Shown: positions 37,251 to 46,910 of the stretch, one piece after another
Layout: the number at the start of each line of letters is the position of its first letter
How positions within the stretch are numbered: position 1 is the first letter of the stretch
IMG/VR virus record: IMGVR_UViG_3300020287_000001
Coordinates: 1 to 58,648 of that record
Strand: one strand, 5' to 3'
Origin: a virus
Taxonomy: Duplodnaviria; Caudoviricetes
DNA length: 58,648 nt
The notes under the pieces: generated by a model
What the model saw: only the letters and a program-made list of their open reading frames with translations
Told to the model about the DNA's origin: nothing
Databases searched by the model: none
Made by a program: the position numbers and the translations under genes

Positions 37251-37276
37251 AAATAAGATACGTTAGGGGCCCCTAT

Positions 37277-38731
37277 ATGGAAGTTACATCACACGACGAG
37301 AGACGCTTAAAACTCGAACTACGTTTAGCGCAGTTGGAGAAGAATGAAACTTGTCAAAAACAGTTTTTATCATTTGTCAAAACCATCTGGCCGAGCTTCA
37401 TACAGGGCAGGCACCACGAGATCATAGCTGAGAAGTTAGAACGGGTGGCGCGTGGAGAACTGAAACGTCTAATCATCAACATGGCACCTCGTCATACTAA
37501 ATCAGAGTTCGCATCCTTTTTGTTCCCGGCGTGGATGATGGGCAAAAATCCAAACATGAAGATTATTCAGGCGACACACACGACAGAACTGGCAGTAAAT
37601 TTTGGTCGTAAGGTCAAAAACCTTTTGGACACGGAAGAGTTCCGTGAAGTTTTCCCTGATGTAAAGTTAGCAGCAGACAGTAAAGCGTCTGGAAGATGGG
37701 ACACGAACAAGGGCGGCATGTATTATGCGGTCGGTGTTGGATCAAACTTAGCTGGTCGAGGTGGTGATCTTGTTATTATTGACGATCCGCACTCGGAACA
37801 GACCGCGATGAGTAACAACGGCTTTGAAGATGCGTGGGATTGGTACACTGGGGGCCCCCGACAGAGGCTCCAGCCGGGTGGCAGTATCGTTTTGGTCCAG
37901 ACTAGGTGGTCAGAAAAGGATTTAACGGGTCAGTTGATGCGTTCTATGGCTAAAGATAAGCTTGCAGACCAGTGGGAAGTAGTGGAGCTGCCTGCTATTT
38001 TTGATAGTGGACAGCCCTGTTGGCCAGAATATTGGAGTTTGGACGATTTAACGGCGGTGAAAGCGTCGATACCGCCTAGTAAATGGAACGCGCAGTACCA
38101 ACAACGGCCCACGGGTGAAGAAAATGCTATAATTAAGCGTGAATGGTGGCAAAAATGGGAAAAAACAGCCGTTCCTAACCTACAATACGTCATTCAGAGC
38201 TACGATACGGCCTTCTCGAAACGAGAAACGGCTGACTTCAGTGCGATAACGACATGGGGCGTGTTTTATCCAGAAGAACAGGGCGGACCACCGGCTTTGA
38301 TACTGCTTGATAGTAAAAAAGGACGCTGGGACTTTCCAGAGCTGAAGGAGTTAGCGCTAGATCAGTATAATTATTGGGACCCAGAAACAGTTATCATAGA
38401 AGCGAAGGCTTCTGGTATGCCTTTGACCCACGAATTACGGAACATGGGCATACCGGTGGTTAATTTTACACCGAGTAAAGGCAACGATAAGGTATCACGA
38501 GTACATTCGGTGTCTCCGTTGTTTGAAGCGGGCATGGTTTGGGCCCCCGATGAGGCTTTTGCTGATGAAATGATAGAAGAGGTTGCAGCTTTTCCAAATG
38601 GAGAGTATGATGACCTTGTTGATAGCATGACACAGGCTCTCATGCGGTATCGTCAAGGTAATTTTGTACAGCTACCAAGCGACGATTGGGACGAGAGCGA
38701 TGGGTCAGCACAGGTAAGGGCTTATTATTGA
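37277..38731 (+). CDS. terL: Terminase large subunit
   Basis: APRHTKS Walker A variant, IIDDP Walker B, SYDTA and DD.VDS nuclease motifs. Confidence 0.95.
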   Translation: MEVTSHDERRLKLELRLAQLEKNETCQKQFLSFVKTIWPSFIQGRHHEIIAEKLERVARGELKRLIINMAPRHTKSEFASFLFPAWMMGKNPNMKIIQATHTTELAVNFGRKVKNLLDTEEFREVFPDVKLAADSKASGRWDTNKGGMYYAVGVGSNLAGRGGDLVIIDDPHSEQTAMSNNGFEDAWDWYTGGPRQRLQPGGSIVLVQTRWSEKDLTGQLMRSMAKDKLADQWEVVELPAIFDSGQPCWPEYWSLDDLTAVKASIPPSKWNAQYQQRPTGEENAIIKREWWQKWEKTAVPNLQYVIQSYDTAFSKRETADFSAITTWGVFYPEEQGGPPALILLDSKKGRWDFPELKELALDQYNYWDPETVIIEAKASGMPLTHELRNMGIPVVNFTPSKGNDKVSRVHSVSPLFEAGMVWAPDEAFADEMIEEVAAFPNGEYDDLVDSMTQALMRYRQGNFVQLPSDDWDESDGSAQVRAYY

Positions 38732-38738
38732 GGTGTGA

Positions 38739-40334
38739 ATGGCTGAAGAAGATTTTCAACCTAGCGATGCTTTACCGCCCACAGGGCAAGACAGAAGAGG
38801 TTTAGCTGGTATAGGTGCTTTTTTACCTATGACTGTTCCTAAAACTACTCCTTATGGTGAGGTAAGTTTAAGCGATATTGAAATGGGTATGCCTCCAGCA
38901 TTGAAGGATGCTTACAGTGGTATTATGAAGTTTGGTGCGCTTATGCGTGGAGAACTTACTCCTCAAGATATACAGCAGTTAGCTTTTGATACGTCCATGA
39001 ATGTAACGGGCGGAAGTTTGTTAGGATCTCAATTACTTCCAAAGGCAGTTCCAAAAGGTGCGCTAGGCATGGCAGCTTCAAAAATCCCTGACGACGCAGG
39101 TCTTGGATCAGGCAGCTTGTTTGCACCTGAAACTAAAAAGGGCAGACAGCTTCTTGTTTTATCTTGTAGCTCAACCAAATGTCCTGACGTTGGAGACATG
39201 AAAGCAGTTGACCGTTACTTGGGGCCCGTATTCCAAAGTTTAAAGAAACAGGGTGTGCCGGATAATGTAGACGTAGCTATTTTGTCAGCCAAGCATGGTT
39301 TGATAAGAGCCGATACTAAAATAAAAGATTACGATCAGTTGATGGATACCAACAGAGCAAGTGAATTTAAACAAGACGCAGGCCAAATGGACAGAATAAA
39401 GAACACCTTAGAGGGTTACGACAAGGTTGTGGTTCAGGGCGGAAAAAACTATAAGGACGTAATACGAGCTGCGTCAGGTGATGCGAATGTAACAGAGATA
39501 CCGGGTGGTAGGGGTATCGGAGATCAAAGAAAATCTGTTAAGTCAGCTCTGGCCTTTAGTAAAATAGATACACCTGTATATCATTTTACACGCAACACGG
39601 ATCCCGGTTTTAGTAAGTTTGACCCCGATAAATTATCTTTTTTTGATTTAGGTCCGCATGTTGGTTCCACACCAAGAGCAGCTCAGGATAGGTTTTTAGA
39701 TGAAATTTATGGTGTGGGCACGAGAAAAAAAATCAGAGATACAATGCAAGAGACAGGTCAAAGTAGAGATGAGGTCTTAGCAACACTTAAACTACCACAA
39801 GTAAGCGGGAACGTAGGGTACGATCCTATAACAAACAGACCTATAGCAAGAAAAACTTTAGGTGGCTCCCTGACTTTAAAAGCAGATTTAAGTAAACCTT
39901 TTTTGAACCCAAAAACAGGTAAACCGTTTACAGAGATGGAATTAAACGATTACCAAGCAGAGCAGTATAGTATTCATAAAGGGGAGTATATTTCCTCTAG
40001 TGACATCATGGGAGAGGACCCAAAAATAGACATACAGGATGTAAAAAAGTTTATGAGAGCTCATTCAAAAGGGTTAGCTGAACTTGGTTTTACGCACATA
40101 CCCTATGAAAATGCCGTAGAAGGTGTGGGTGATTTGAGCTACGTCATGCTTGTAAACAGACCAAAAGGCAGCACTAAGGTTTTGCAAAGCCCGTTTGCTA
40201 AGAAAGATCCTGATAAGTTTGACGATCCTGACTTTATGATGGAAGAAGGCGGCGTCGTTAGTATGAAAGACAAAGCAGTGAATATGACCAGAAAACCACA
40301 AGGTATTGAACCTTTTATTAAATTCGTGGTATAG
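38739..40334 (+). CDS. Multidomain protein: DUF6884-like plus ADP-ribosyltransferase (ART-PolyVal)-like domain
   Basis: LSCS..K...Y.G..F...ILSAKHGLI...YD; VYH.T....F..FD...G.H.G....A...YEN.VEG; C-terminal MEEGGVV. Confidence 0.55.
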   Translation: MAEEDFQPSDALPPTGQDRRGLAGIGAFLPMTVPKTTPYGEVSLSDIEMGMPPALKDAYSGIMKFGALMRGELTPQDIQQLAFDTSMNVTGGSLLGSQLLPKAVPKGALGMAASKIPDDAGLGSGSLFAPETKKGRQLLVLSCSSTKCPDVGDMKAVDRYLGPVFQSLKKQGVPDNVDVAILSAKHGLIRADTKIKDYDQLMDTNRASEFKQDAGQMDRIKNTLEGYDKVVVQGGKNYKDVIRAASGDANVTEIPGGRGIGDQRKSVKSALAFSKIDTPVYHFTRNTDPGFSKFDPDKLSFFDLGPHVGSTPRAAQDRFLDEIYGVGTRKKIRDTMQETGQSRDEVLATLKLPQVSGNVGYDPITNRPIARKTLGGSLTLKADLSKPFLNPKTGKPFTEMELNDYQAEQYSIHKGEYISSSDIMGEDPKIDIQDVKKFMRAHSKGLAELGFTHIPYENAVEGVGDLSYVMLVNRPKGSTKVLQSPFAKKDPDKFDDPDFMMEEGGVVSMKDKAVNMTRKPQGIEPFIKFVV

Positions 40335-40353
40335 TTCCTGAAAGGAGATCTAA

Positions 40354-42768
40354 ATGGCAAGAGAACCAATAGCAAGCATAATGGACAAAGTACCATCGCA
40401 GCTGGACCAAAGTGAGTTACAAGCTGAAATAGATATAGAACTGCCAGAGGCTATAAACGACGATATGTTAGAAGCTTCCCCTGAAGTAGAAGTAACACTA
40501 GAAGATGACGGCGGTGTGGTTGTGGACTTTGATCCGAACGTAGGTGGACCAGCAGGTGAGTTTGGCGATAATTTAGCAGAACAGCTATCAGATGCCGAGC
40601 TTGGCAGGATCTCTGGTGAATTAACAGGTGAGTTTGAAGAAAACAAGAGTGGTAGACAGGAGTGGGAAGATGCTTTCGCTAATGGTTTGGAGTTGTTGGG
40701 ATTTAGTTACGAAGAGCGAGCACAGCCCTTCAGAGGAGCAAGCGGTGTTACGCACCCTTTACTCGCTGAATCAGCCACGCAGTTTCAAGCACAAGCCTTC
40801 AATGAGCTGCTGCCACCGGGTGGTCCAGTCAGGACACAGGTCTTAGGGTCCAGCACACCTGAGAAAGAAGATCAGGCACAGCGTGTAAAAGAGTTTATGA
40901 ACTATTACATTTCTTCTGTTATGGAGGAATACACACCAGAATTTGACCAGATGTTGTTCTATTTGCCTCTTGCAGGGTCCACATTTAAGAAAGTTTACTA
41001 TGATGAGAACTTAGGGCGAGCTGTAAGCAAGTTTGTACCAGCAGAGAACTTGATAGTGCCGTACAGCACATCTGACTTAGAGACATGTCCTAACATAACT
41101 CATGTAGTCAAAATGAGTTTGAATGACTTGCGTAAAAGACAACTATCAGGGTTTTACAGGGACATACCTGTAATACCGGCGCAGGGCGACAGTAACTCTG
41201 TGCAAGAAGAATTAGAGCGTATTGATGGTATGTATCCATCAAACGTAGATTATGACTGTACTTTACTTGAGTGTCATGTCGATCTTGACCTTGAAGGTTT
41301 TGAGGAGATGGGCGACGACGGTGAGCCGACAGGCATCAAGGTACCGTATATAGTTACAATATCACAGGATAACGGGCAGATACTGTCAATTCGCAGGAAC
41401 TATGATGAAGATGACGAAGACAAGAAAAAGATACAGTATTTTGTACACTATAAGTTCCTACCGGGCTTCGGGTTCTATGGACTGGGACTAATACATACTA
41501 TTGGTGGTTTATCAAGAACCGCGACTGCTGCACTAAGACAACTGATTGATGCAGGTACGCTATCTAATCTACCAGCTGGCTTCAAGGCCCGCGGCCTACG
41601 GATCAGGGATGACGACGAGCCGCTACAGCCGGGTGAGTTCAGAGACGTTGATGCACCGGGCGGGGACATAAGATCAAGCTTGATGTCATTGCCATTTAAG
41701 GGTCCAGATCAGACTTTGATGGCGTTGTTGGGCTTTGTAGTTGATGCAGGACGGCGATTCGCGACCATTACTGATATGAAGGTGGGCGATGGCAATCAGC
41801 AGGCAGCGGTAGGTACAACTATTGCTATGTTGGAACAGGGCTCACGGGTCATGTCAGCTGTTCATAAGAGACTGCATTATGCGATGAAGTTAGAGTTTAA
41901 GTTGCTATCTAAGGTGATGGCTGACTTTTTACCTGATGAGTATCCATATAGTATTACGGGTGTAGACGGTACGATCAAGAGGCAGGACTTCGACGAGATG
42001 GTTGATGTGGTGCCTGTATCTAATCCTAACATATTTAGTCAGGCGCAGAGAATATCTTTGGCTCAGACCAAGATGCAGCTTGCGACAGCGGCACCTGACA
42101 TGCACAACATGTACGAAGTGTTCAGGGATATGTATGAGGCTTTAGGTGTAAGAGATATTGACAGAATATTGAAAAGAACTCCTGAGCCTGAGCCTACCCC
42201 GAAAGACCCGGCTCAGGAGAACATAGATGCGTTAGACCAGATACAGCTGGTTGCTTTTGAAGGTCAGGAACATGAAGCGCATATTATGTCCCATATGGTT
42301 TTTGGATCAACACCGCTTGTTGCAGGAACACCCCAGATAGCTGTGGCATTACAGAAACATATTATGGAGCATGTAAGGATTGGTGCCAAGGAGCGTGCTA
42401 TGCAGGAAATGATGGCAGCTACAGGCGGTCAGCCTATGCAGGAAATGCAGAGTTTAGAGTTAGAAGCGAGGATTGCACAACTGATAGCCGAAGGCATGGC
42501 ACAACTTAAGCAACTAAGCGGACAGCTCACGGCTCCCGGACCAGATCCGTTGGTACAGCTCAAGGAGAAGGAGCTACAGGTCAGAGCACAGGGTGAGCAG
42601 AACGACGCAGAGATTGACAGAGCTAAACTGGGTCTGGAGCAACAGAAAGTACAACAAAGAGATGAGCAGTTTGATAAGAGGCTTGCAAGTCAGGAGAAGC
42701 AGACTGCTGCAAGGATCAACGCAGCTGAGAGGCGTGAAGTAATGAAACAACAAAAAGGAGGTCAGTGA
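40354..42768 (+). CDS. Portal protein
   Basis: 804 aa after terL; HPLLAES..QFQA, G..FKKVYYD, GFYG.GL...IG motifs. Confidence 0.9.
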   Translation: MAREPIASIMDKVPSQLDQSELQAEIDIELPEAINDDMLEASPEVEVTLEDDGGVVVDFDPNVGGPAGEFGDNLAEQLSDAELGRISGELTGEFEENKSGRQEWEDAFANGLELLGFSYEERAQPFRGASGVTHPLLAESATQFQAQAFNELLPPGGPVRTQVLGSSTPEKEDQAQRVKEFMNYYISSVMEEYTPEFDQMLFYLPLAGSTFKKVYYDENLGRAVSKFVPAENLIVPYSTSDLETCPNITHVVKMSLNDLRKRQLSGFYRDIPVIPAQGDSNSVQEELERIDGMYPSNVDYDCTLLECHVDLDLEGFEEMGDDGEPTGIKVPYIVTISQDNGQILSIRRNYDEDDEDKKKIQYFVHYKFLPGFGFYGLGLIHTIGGLSRTATAALRQLIDAGTLSNLPAGFKARGLRIRDDDEPLQPGEFRDVDAPGGDIRSSLMSLPFKGPDQTLMALLGFVVDAGRRFATITDMKVGDGNQQAAVGTTIAMLEQGSRVMSAVHKRLHYAMKLEFKLLSKVMADFLPDEYPYSITGVDGTIKRQDFDEMVDVVPVSNPNIFSQAQRISLAQTKMQLATAAPDMHNMYEVFRDMYEALGVRDIDRILKRTPEPEPTPKDPAQENIDALDQIQLVAFEGQEHEAHIMSHMVFGSTPLVAGTPQIAVALQKHIMEHVRIGAKERAMQEMMAATGGQPMQEMQSLELEARIAQLIAEGMAQLKQLSGQLTAPGPDPLVQLKEKELQVRAQGEQNDAEIDRAKLGLEQQKVQQRDEQFDKRLASQEKQTAARINAAERREVMKQQKGGQ

Positions 42769-42968
42769 TGGCTAAAAAAGGTGACAAAAGGACTGAGAAA
42801 GAGTTAAGAGAAGAGTTTTTTGACGGTCCGGCTTCTGATACCATGAGTTTTGAGCAGTTCTTAATACAGCAGGGTCATGGTGATAAGGTCAAGCCTATCA
42901 AGATGGCTGGTGGTGGCGCAGTAGAGCTGGTTCGCGGCGATCCTAACTATTACAAAGACTTGGTGTAG
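42768..42968 (+). CDS. Small hypothetical protein with MAGGGAV motif
   Basis: RBS AGGAGG; coupled to portal. Confidence 0.7.
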   Translation: MAKKGDKRTEKELREEFFDGPASDTMSFEQFLIQQGHGDKVKPIKMAGGGAVELVRGDPNYYKDLV

Positions 42969-43168
42969 TGACAGCCTTTATGCTTGCTTGTTACATGAAC
43001 GGAGTAGCTCAAGGTGGCGTGTATTTTAAGTCTGTTAATGATTGTACTTACTACACAAAATTTTTAAGTAAGCAGGAGTACAAGAATGAGGTGGGTCAAA
43101 GTGTTACATACGAGTGTATTTGTAAATTAGTTCCAAGTGTCAATCCTGATAAGGTAAAAGTGTACTGA
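42968..43168 (+). CDS. Small Cys-containing hypothetical protein
   Basis: Coupled GTG start; YF.S...C..Y...C.C pattern. Confidence 0.65.
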   Translation: MTAFMLACYMNGVAQGGVYFKSVNDCTYYTKFLSKQEYKNEVGQSVTYECICKLVPSVNPDKVKVY

Positions 43169-43485
43169 TGCAGAAAAAACTACAAAAACAATCTATATAT
43201 GCGGAATACGACGAAGATGGCGATGGTATTGTCTCTGACGAAGAACTAAGTCATGTAGCAGAGATAAAAAAACTGGAGCATGATTTACGAAAACAAAGGG
43301 CACAGAGACGTATGGCTACTGCTAGTTTGGTTGCTATGGCTTTATTTACTGGTGCGATGTTCTTTGTCGATCTCGAAAGAGTTAAGGCACTTTCCGATAT
43401 TAGTAATCTTTTTTATATCACTGGCGGCGGGATTGTTGCTGCTTACATGGGAGCTTCGGCTTTTATGAACAGAGGAGGTAAGTAA
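43168..43485 (+). CDS. Two-TM membrane protein with EF-hand-like loop
   Basis: DEDGDGIVSDEE; two hydrophobic helices; next to holin. Confidence 0.7.
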   Translation: MQKKLQKQSIYAEYDEDGDGIVSDEELSHVAEIKKLEHDLRKQRAQRRMATASLVAMALFTGAMFFVDLERVKALSDISNLFYITGGGIVAAYMGASAFMNRGGK

Positions 43486-43880
43486 TGTTACAAGCGTTAA
43501 TAGGTCCAGTAACAGGACTGCTAGATAAATTTATACCTGATGCAGATCAAAAGGCGAAGCTCGCACACGAGATAGCCACCATGTCTGAAAAACATGCGCA
43601 GGAGGCTCTGCTTGCTCAGTTAGAGATAAACAAAGCAGAAGCGGCAAGTGGCTCTATATTCAAGGGCGGCTGGCGTCCAGCAGTTGGGTGGGTCTGCGCG
43701 ATTGCTTTTGCCTATCATTTTATCGTAAAAGATTTAATAATATTCGGTGCTAGTTTTGCAGGTGCAGAACTACCAGAGCTTCCTGAATTTGATATGGGTA
43801 CACTTTTAACGGTTCTCGGCGGCATGCTTGGGATCGGGGGACTCAGGACATATGAAAAGCAAAAAGGGCTTACGAAATAA
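43485..43880 (+). CDS. Holin (3TM, GTA-holin-like)
   Basis: GWRP.VGWVC...LLTVL.GMLG.GG.RT.EK.KG. Confidence 0.85.
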   Translation: MLQALIGPVTGLLDKFIPDADQKAKLAHEIATMSEKHAQEALLAQLEINKAEAASGSIFKGGWRPAVGWVCAIAFAYHFIVKDLIIFGASFAGAELPELPEFDMGTLLTVLGGMLGIGGLRTYEKQKGLTK

Positions 43881-43915
43881 CACAAGACTTATTTAGACAT
43901 TTAAGGATACATGCC

Positions 43916-44056
43916 ATGAGTTTATATGCAAACATACATAAGAAAAGAAAAAGAATAGCAGCTGGCAGCGGCGAGAAGATGAGAAAAAAAGGAGCTAAAG
44001 GTGCACCCACAGCAAAAAACTTTAGACAAGCAAAACGAACAACAAGAAAAGTCTAA
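43916..44056 (+). CDS. Small basic protein (46 aa, not in ORF track)
   Basis: RBS AAGGA; MSLYANIHKKRKRIAAGSGEKMRKKGAKGAPT. Confidence 0.75.
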   Translation: MSLYANIHKKRKRIAAGSGEKMRKKGAKGAPTAKNFRQAKRTTRKV

Positions 44057-44195
44057 AGTAGAAATCTGTTACATACACAAGATGGCTTTTGTGCCAAGAG
44101 AGGTAGAAGAGCCAATACCGTTCGTAGGCATGATGAAATTTGTTGATTATGTCTGCCCAATGTGCGAAAGTATGAGAGATTATAAGACAGAATAA
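44001..44195 (+). CDS. Possible overlapping small zinc-binding protein
   Basis: GGAG before GTG; CYIH...CPMC. Confidence 0.45.
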   Translation: MHPQQKTLDKQNEQQEKSKVEICYIHKMAFVPREVEEPIPFVGMMKFVDYVCPMCESMRDYKTE

Positions 44196-44208
44196 GAGTA
44201 TATGAGGT
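44171..44208 (+). promoter_or_regulatory. Four tandem operator-like half-sites at 10-bp spacing
   Basis: TATGAGAG, TATAAGAC, AATAAGAG, TATGAGGT at 44171/81/91/201. Confidence 0.45.
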
Positions 44209-44212
44209 TTTT

Positions 44213-44416
44213 ATGGCAAAAAGTGAGATTTATCTTGCAGAAGCTGTTTTTCGCGTTATAAATGAAAGAAGAAACATTGTCGAAAATGTTTTGAGACATA
44301 ACTCGATCAAAAGTATGGAGCATTACAGACAGATGATGGGCGAGATGGAAGCATTAGAATACGTTGAAAACGAAATAAAAGATTTATTAAATAGACAAGA
44401 GGTAGATGATGACTGA
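44213..44416 (+). CDS. Conserved hypothetical protein preceding GroES
   Basis: RBS GAGG; E.Y..M.GE..AL helix. Confidence 0.75.
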   Translation: MAKSEIYLAEAVFRVINERRNIVENVLRHNSIKSMEHYRQMMGEMEALEYVENEIKDLLNRQEVDDD

Positions 44417-44822
44417 GAATGGTTTGGAAGAAACCTATGTAGATCCCAAGGATCGCGTCCTAGACCCCTCTTTAATTAGCAGTACATTATTAGACCGTAT
44501 GCCCTCTCCAACGGGCTGGAGGCTTCTTATACTGCCATACAGGGGTAAAGGTAAGACAGAGGGTGGTATATTACTGCCGGACAAGTTAGTTGAAGAAGGT
44601 CAGGTGTCTACACAAGTTGGTTATGTGTTGAAAGCTGGGCCTTTGGCTTACAAAGATGAAACAAAGTTTCCGTCAGGACCGTGGTGCGGGGAAAAAGATT
44701 GGGTTATGTTTGCCAGATATTCTGGTTCTCGTTTTAGGATTGATGGCGGAGAAGTAAGAATTTTGAACGATGATGAGATTTTAGCCAAGATATTGGACCC
44801 GGAAGACGTTTTACACTACTAG
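44409..44822 (+). CDS. groES: Co-chaperonin GroES-like protein
   Basis: P.G.RLLI, KTEGGILLP mobile loop, V.F..YSG, LNDDEILA. Confidence 0.9.
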   Translation: MTENGLEETYVDPKDRVLDPSLISSTLLDRMPSPTGWRLLILPYRGKGKTEGGILLPDKLVEEGQVSTQVGYVLKAGPLAYKDETKFPSGPWCGEKDWVMFARYSGSRFRIDGGEVRILNDDEILAKILDPEDVLHY

Positions 44823-44831
44823 AGGATAAAA

Positions 44832-45749
44832 ATGGCAGAAGCAAAAGAAAAACAAGAAGAATTAGATTTACAACTAGAAGACGAGGGACAAGATGTTGAA
44901 GTTACTGTCGAAGATAAAGCTGAAACTGAAGATGTTCAAGTTGAGCCTGTTACAGAGGATCAGCAAACTGAAGACGAGTTTAAAAAAGCAGAAAACCAAA
45001 CTACAAAAAGAATCAACCGTCTCACCAAAAAAATGCGGGAGGCCGAGAAAAACGCAGAAGAAGCGCTCCGTTTCGCAAAACAAAAAGAAGAAGAAAACAA
45101 ACAGTTAGCTCAAAAACTTAACCAAATGGATACAAACTACGTTGACCAATATTCAGGTCGCGTAGAGTCCCAGTTGGCACAAACGGAACAAAACCTTAGA
45201 GCTGCTATGGAAGTAGGCGATACAGAAGCTGCTGTAGCTGCACAGAAAGAAATGACAAGGCTTGCAGTAGAGGCTGACAGAGCTGCACAGGCAAAAGCAG
45301 CCAATGAGCAGCGAAATAAGGCTGCTGAGGCACAAACAGCTGCTCCAGCACCTCAACCTACTCGTCAGCCGGTACAGCCCCCACCGGAGCCTGATGCGAA
45401 GGCACAGGCATGGGCACAGAAAAATGAATGGTTTGGCAACGATAGTGCCATGACATATGCAGCTTTTGGGATACATAAAGATCTTGTTGAGCAAGAAGGT
45501 ATTGACCCTAAGAGTGATGAATACTATACTGAATTAGACAAACGTATGGGAGAAGAGTTCCCTCATAAGTTTGCTAACGGAGCGCAGAGCAAAAAAGTCG
45601 TCCAAAATGTTGCTTCTGCATCACGCTCCACGAATGCAACTGGACGCAGTAGTGGGAAGAGGCAAGTAAAACTTACCAATAGGCAGGTTGCACTTGCGAA
45701 AAAACTTGGCGTTCCTCTCGAAGAGTACGCAAAATATGTGAAGGAGTAA
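44832..45749 (+). CDS. Capsid scaffolding protein (putative)
   Basis: Acidic N-terminus, coiled coil, W...N.WFG, AKKLGV..EEYAK C-terminus; precedes capsid genes. Confidence 0.7.
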   Translation: MAEAKEKQEELDLQLEDEGQDVEVTVEDKAETEDVQVEPVTEDQQTEDEFKKAENQTTKRINRLTKKMREAEKNAEEALRFAKQKEEENKQLAQKLNQMDTNYVDQYSGRVESQLAQTEQNLRAAMEVGDTEAAVAAQKEMTRLAVEADRAAQAKAANEQRNKAAEAQTAAPAPQPTRQPVQPPPEPDAKAQAWAQKNEWFGNDSAMTYAAFGIHKDLVEQEGIDPKSDEYYTELDKRMGEEFPHKFANGAQSKKVVQNVASASRSTNATGRSSGKRQVKLTNRQVALAKKLGVPLEEYAKYVKE

Positions 45750-45754
45750 TTGAT

Positions 45755-46240
45755 ATGGAAAACCAAAAGGAAATGTTTGATAAGACTATTTCGAGATCTC
45801 CTAGATCATCAAACACAAGAGAAAAGACAGCTGCAAGAAAACCGTGGGCTCCACCGTCTATGTTAGACGCACCACCAGCCCCTGATGGCTACAAGCATCG
45901 CTGGATAAGAGCAGAAACAAGAGGTTTCAATGATACCAAGAATGTTTCAGCTAAATTACGAGAAGGTTGGGAACTCGTAAGAAAAGATGAATATCCAGAT
46001 TTTGAAGCACCTGTAGTCGATCAAGGTAAATATGAAGGAGTTTTTGGAGTCGGTGGATTAGTTCTCGCTCGTATACCTGAAGAAACAGTAGCCGAAAGAA
46101 CTGCATACTTCGCTGCTAGAAGTGCAGATCAAATGGAAGCCGTGGATCAGGATATGATGAGAGAAAATGCTCACTCTACTATGACAATTAGTAGACCAGA
46201 TCGTCAGTCTCGCGTAAGTTTCGGAGGGAAAAAATCTTAA
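45755..46240 (+). CDS. Conserved head-module hypothetical protein
   Basis: W.PPS.L.AP..P.G..HRWIR...REGWE.V. Confidence 0.75.
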   Translation: MENQKEMFDKTISRSPRSSNTREKTAARKPWAPPSMLDAPPAPDGYKHRWIRAETRGFNDTKNVSAKLREGWELVRKDEYPDFEAPVVDQGKYEGVFGVGGLVLARIPEETVAERTAYFAARSADQMEAVDQDMMRENAHSTMTISRPDRQSRVSFGGKKS

Positions 46241-46265
46241 CTTTTAATCTTAATCGGAGACTTAA

Positions 46266-46898
46266 ATGGCTAATAATTTATCAGGTGGCTATGGTTTACG
46301 TCCAATAGGTTTAACAGGTAATGCCGCTAACACTACTGGTGCAACACAGTATGAAATTGCGTCAAACAATACAAATGCTATTTATCAAGGTGGCATCGTT
46401 ATACCTACTGCGGCGGGTGTCATAGACATAACCGACCAAGCGGTCAGCCCGTTAGGAGTTTTTTACGGTGTTGAATATGTCGACTCAGGCACAAAGAAGA
46501 CAACATTTAAAAACTTTTGGCCGGGATCCAACAATGTCAGTGTTGATACAAACTTCCCTATTAAGGCGTTTGTATATGACAATCCAATGCAACTCTTCAC
46601 TGTTGTTGCAGATGGAACAAACACAAATAGAGCGACAGCCTTAGCAGACGTTTTTGCAAATGCTAGTATGGCAAGCGTGAACAATGGAAGCACCAATACT
46701 GGTCAATCCACCGATATGCTTGACATTTCAACAGCTGCAACGACAGGTACTTTGGATGTCAGAATCGTAGGGTTGTACGAGGATGAAGGTAACACAGATT
46801 ACTCAGCATTGGGTCATCAGTATATTGTTCGTCTTCTAGGACACTTTAACTCAGGCTTTGCAGCTGCTGTTAACACAGCAGACAATGCTGGTATATAA
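46266..46898 (+). CDS. Capsid-associated (decoration/minor capsid) protein
   Basis: MAN....GLRP N-terminus; immediately upstream of MCP. Confidence 0.6.
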   Translation: MANNLSGGYGLRPIGLTGNAANTTGATQYEIASNNTNAIYQGGIVIPTAAGVIDITDQAVSPLGVFYGVEYVDSGTKKTTFKNFWPGSNNVSVDTNFPIKAFVYDNPMQLFTVVADGTNTNRATALADVFANASMASVNNGSTNTGQSTDMLDISTAATTGTLDVRIVGLYEDEGNTDYSALGHQYIVRLLGHFNSGFAAAVNTADNAGI

Positions 46899-46910
46899 GG
46901 AGAGTAGAGT

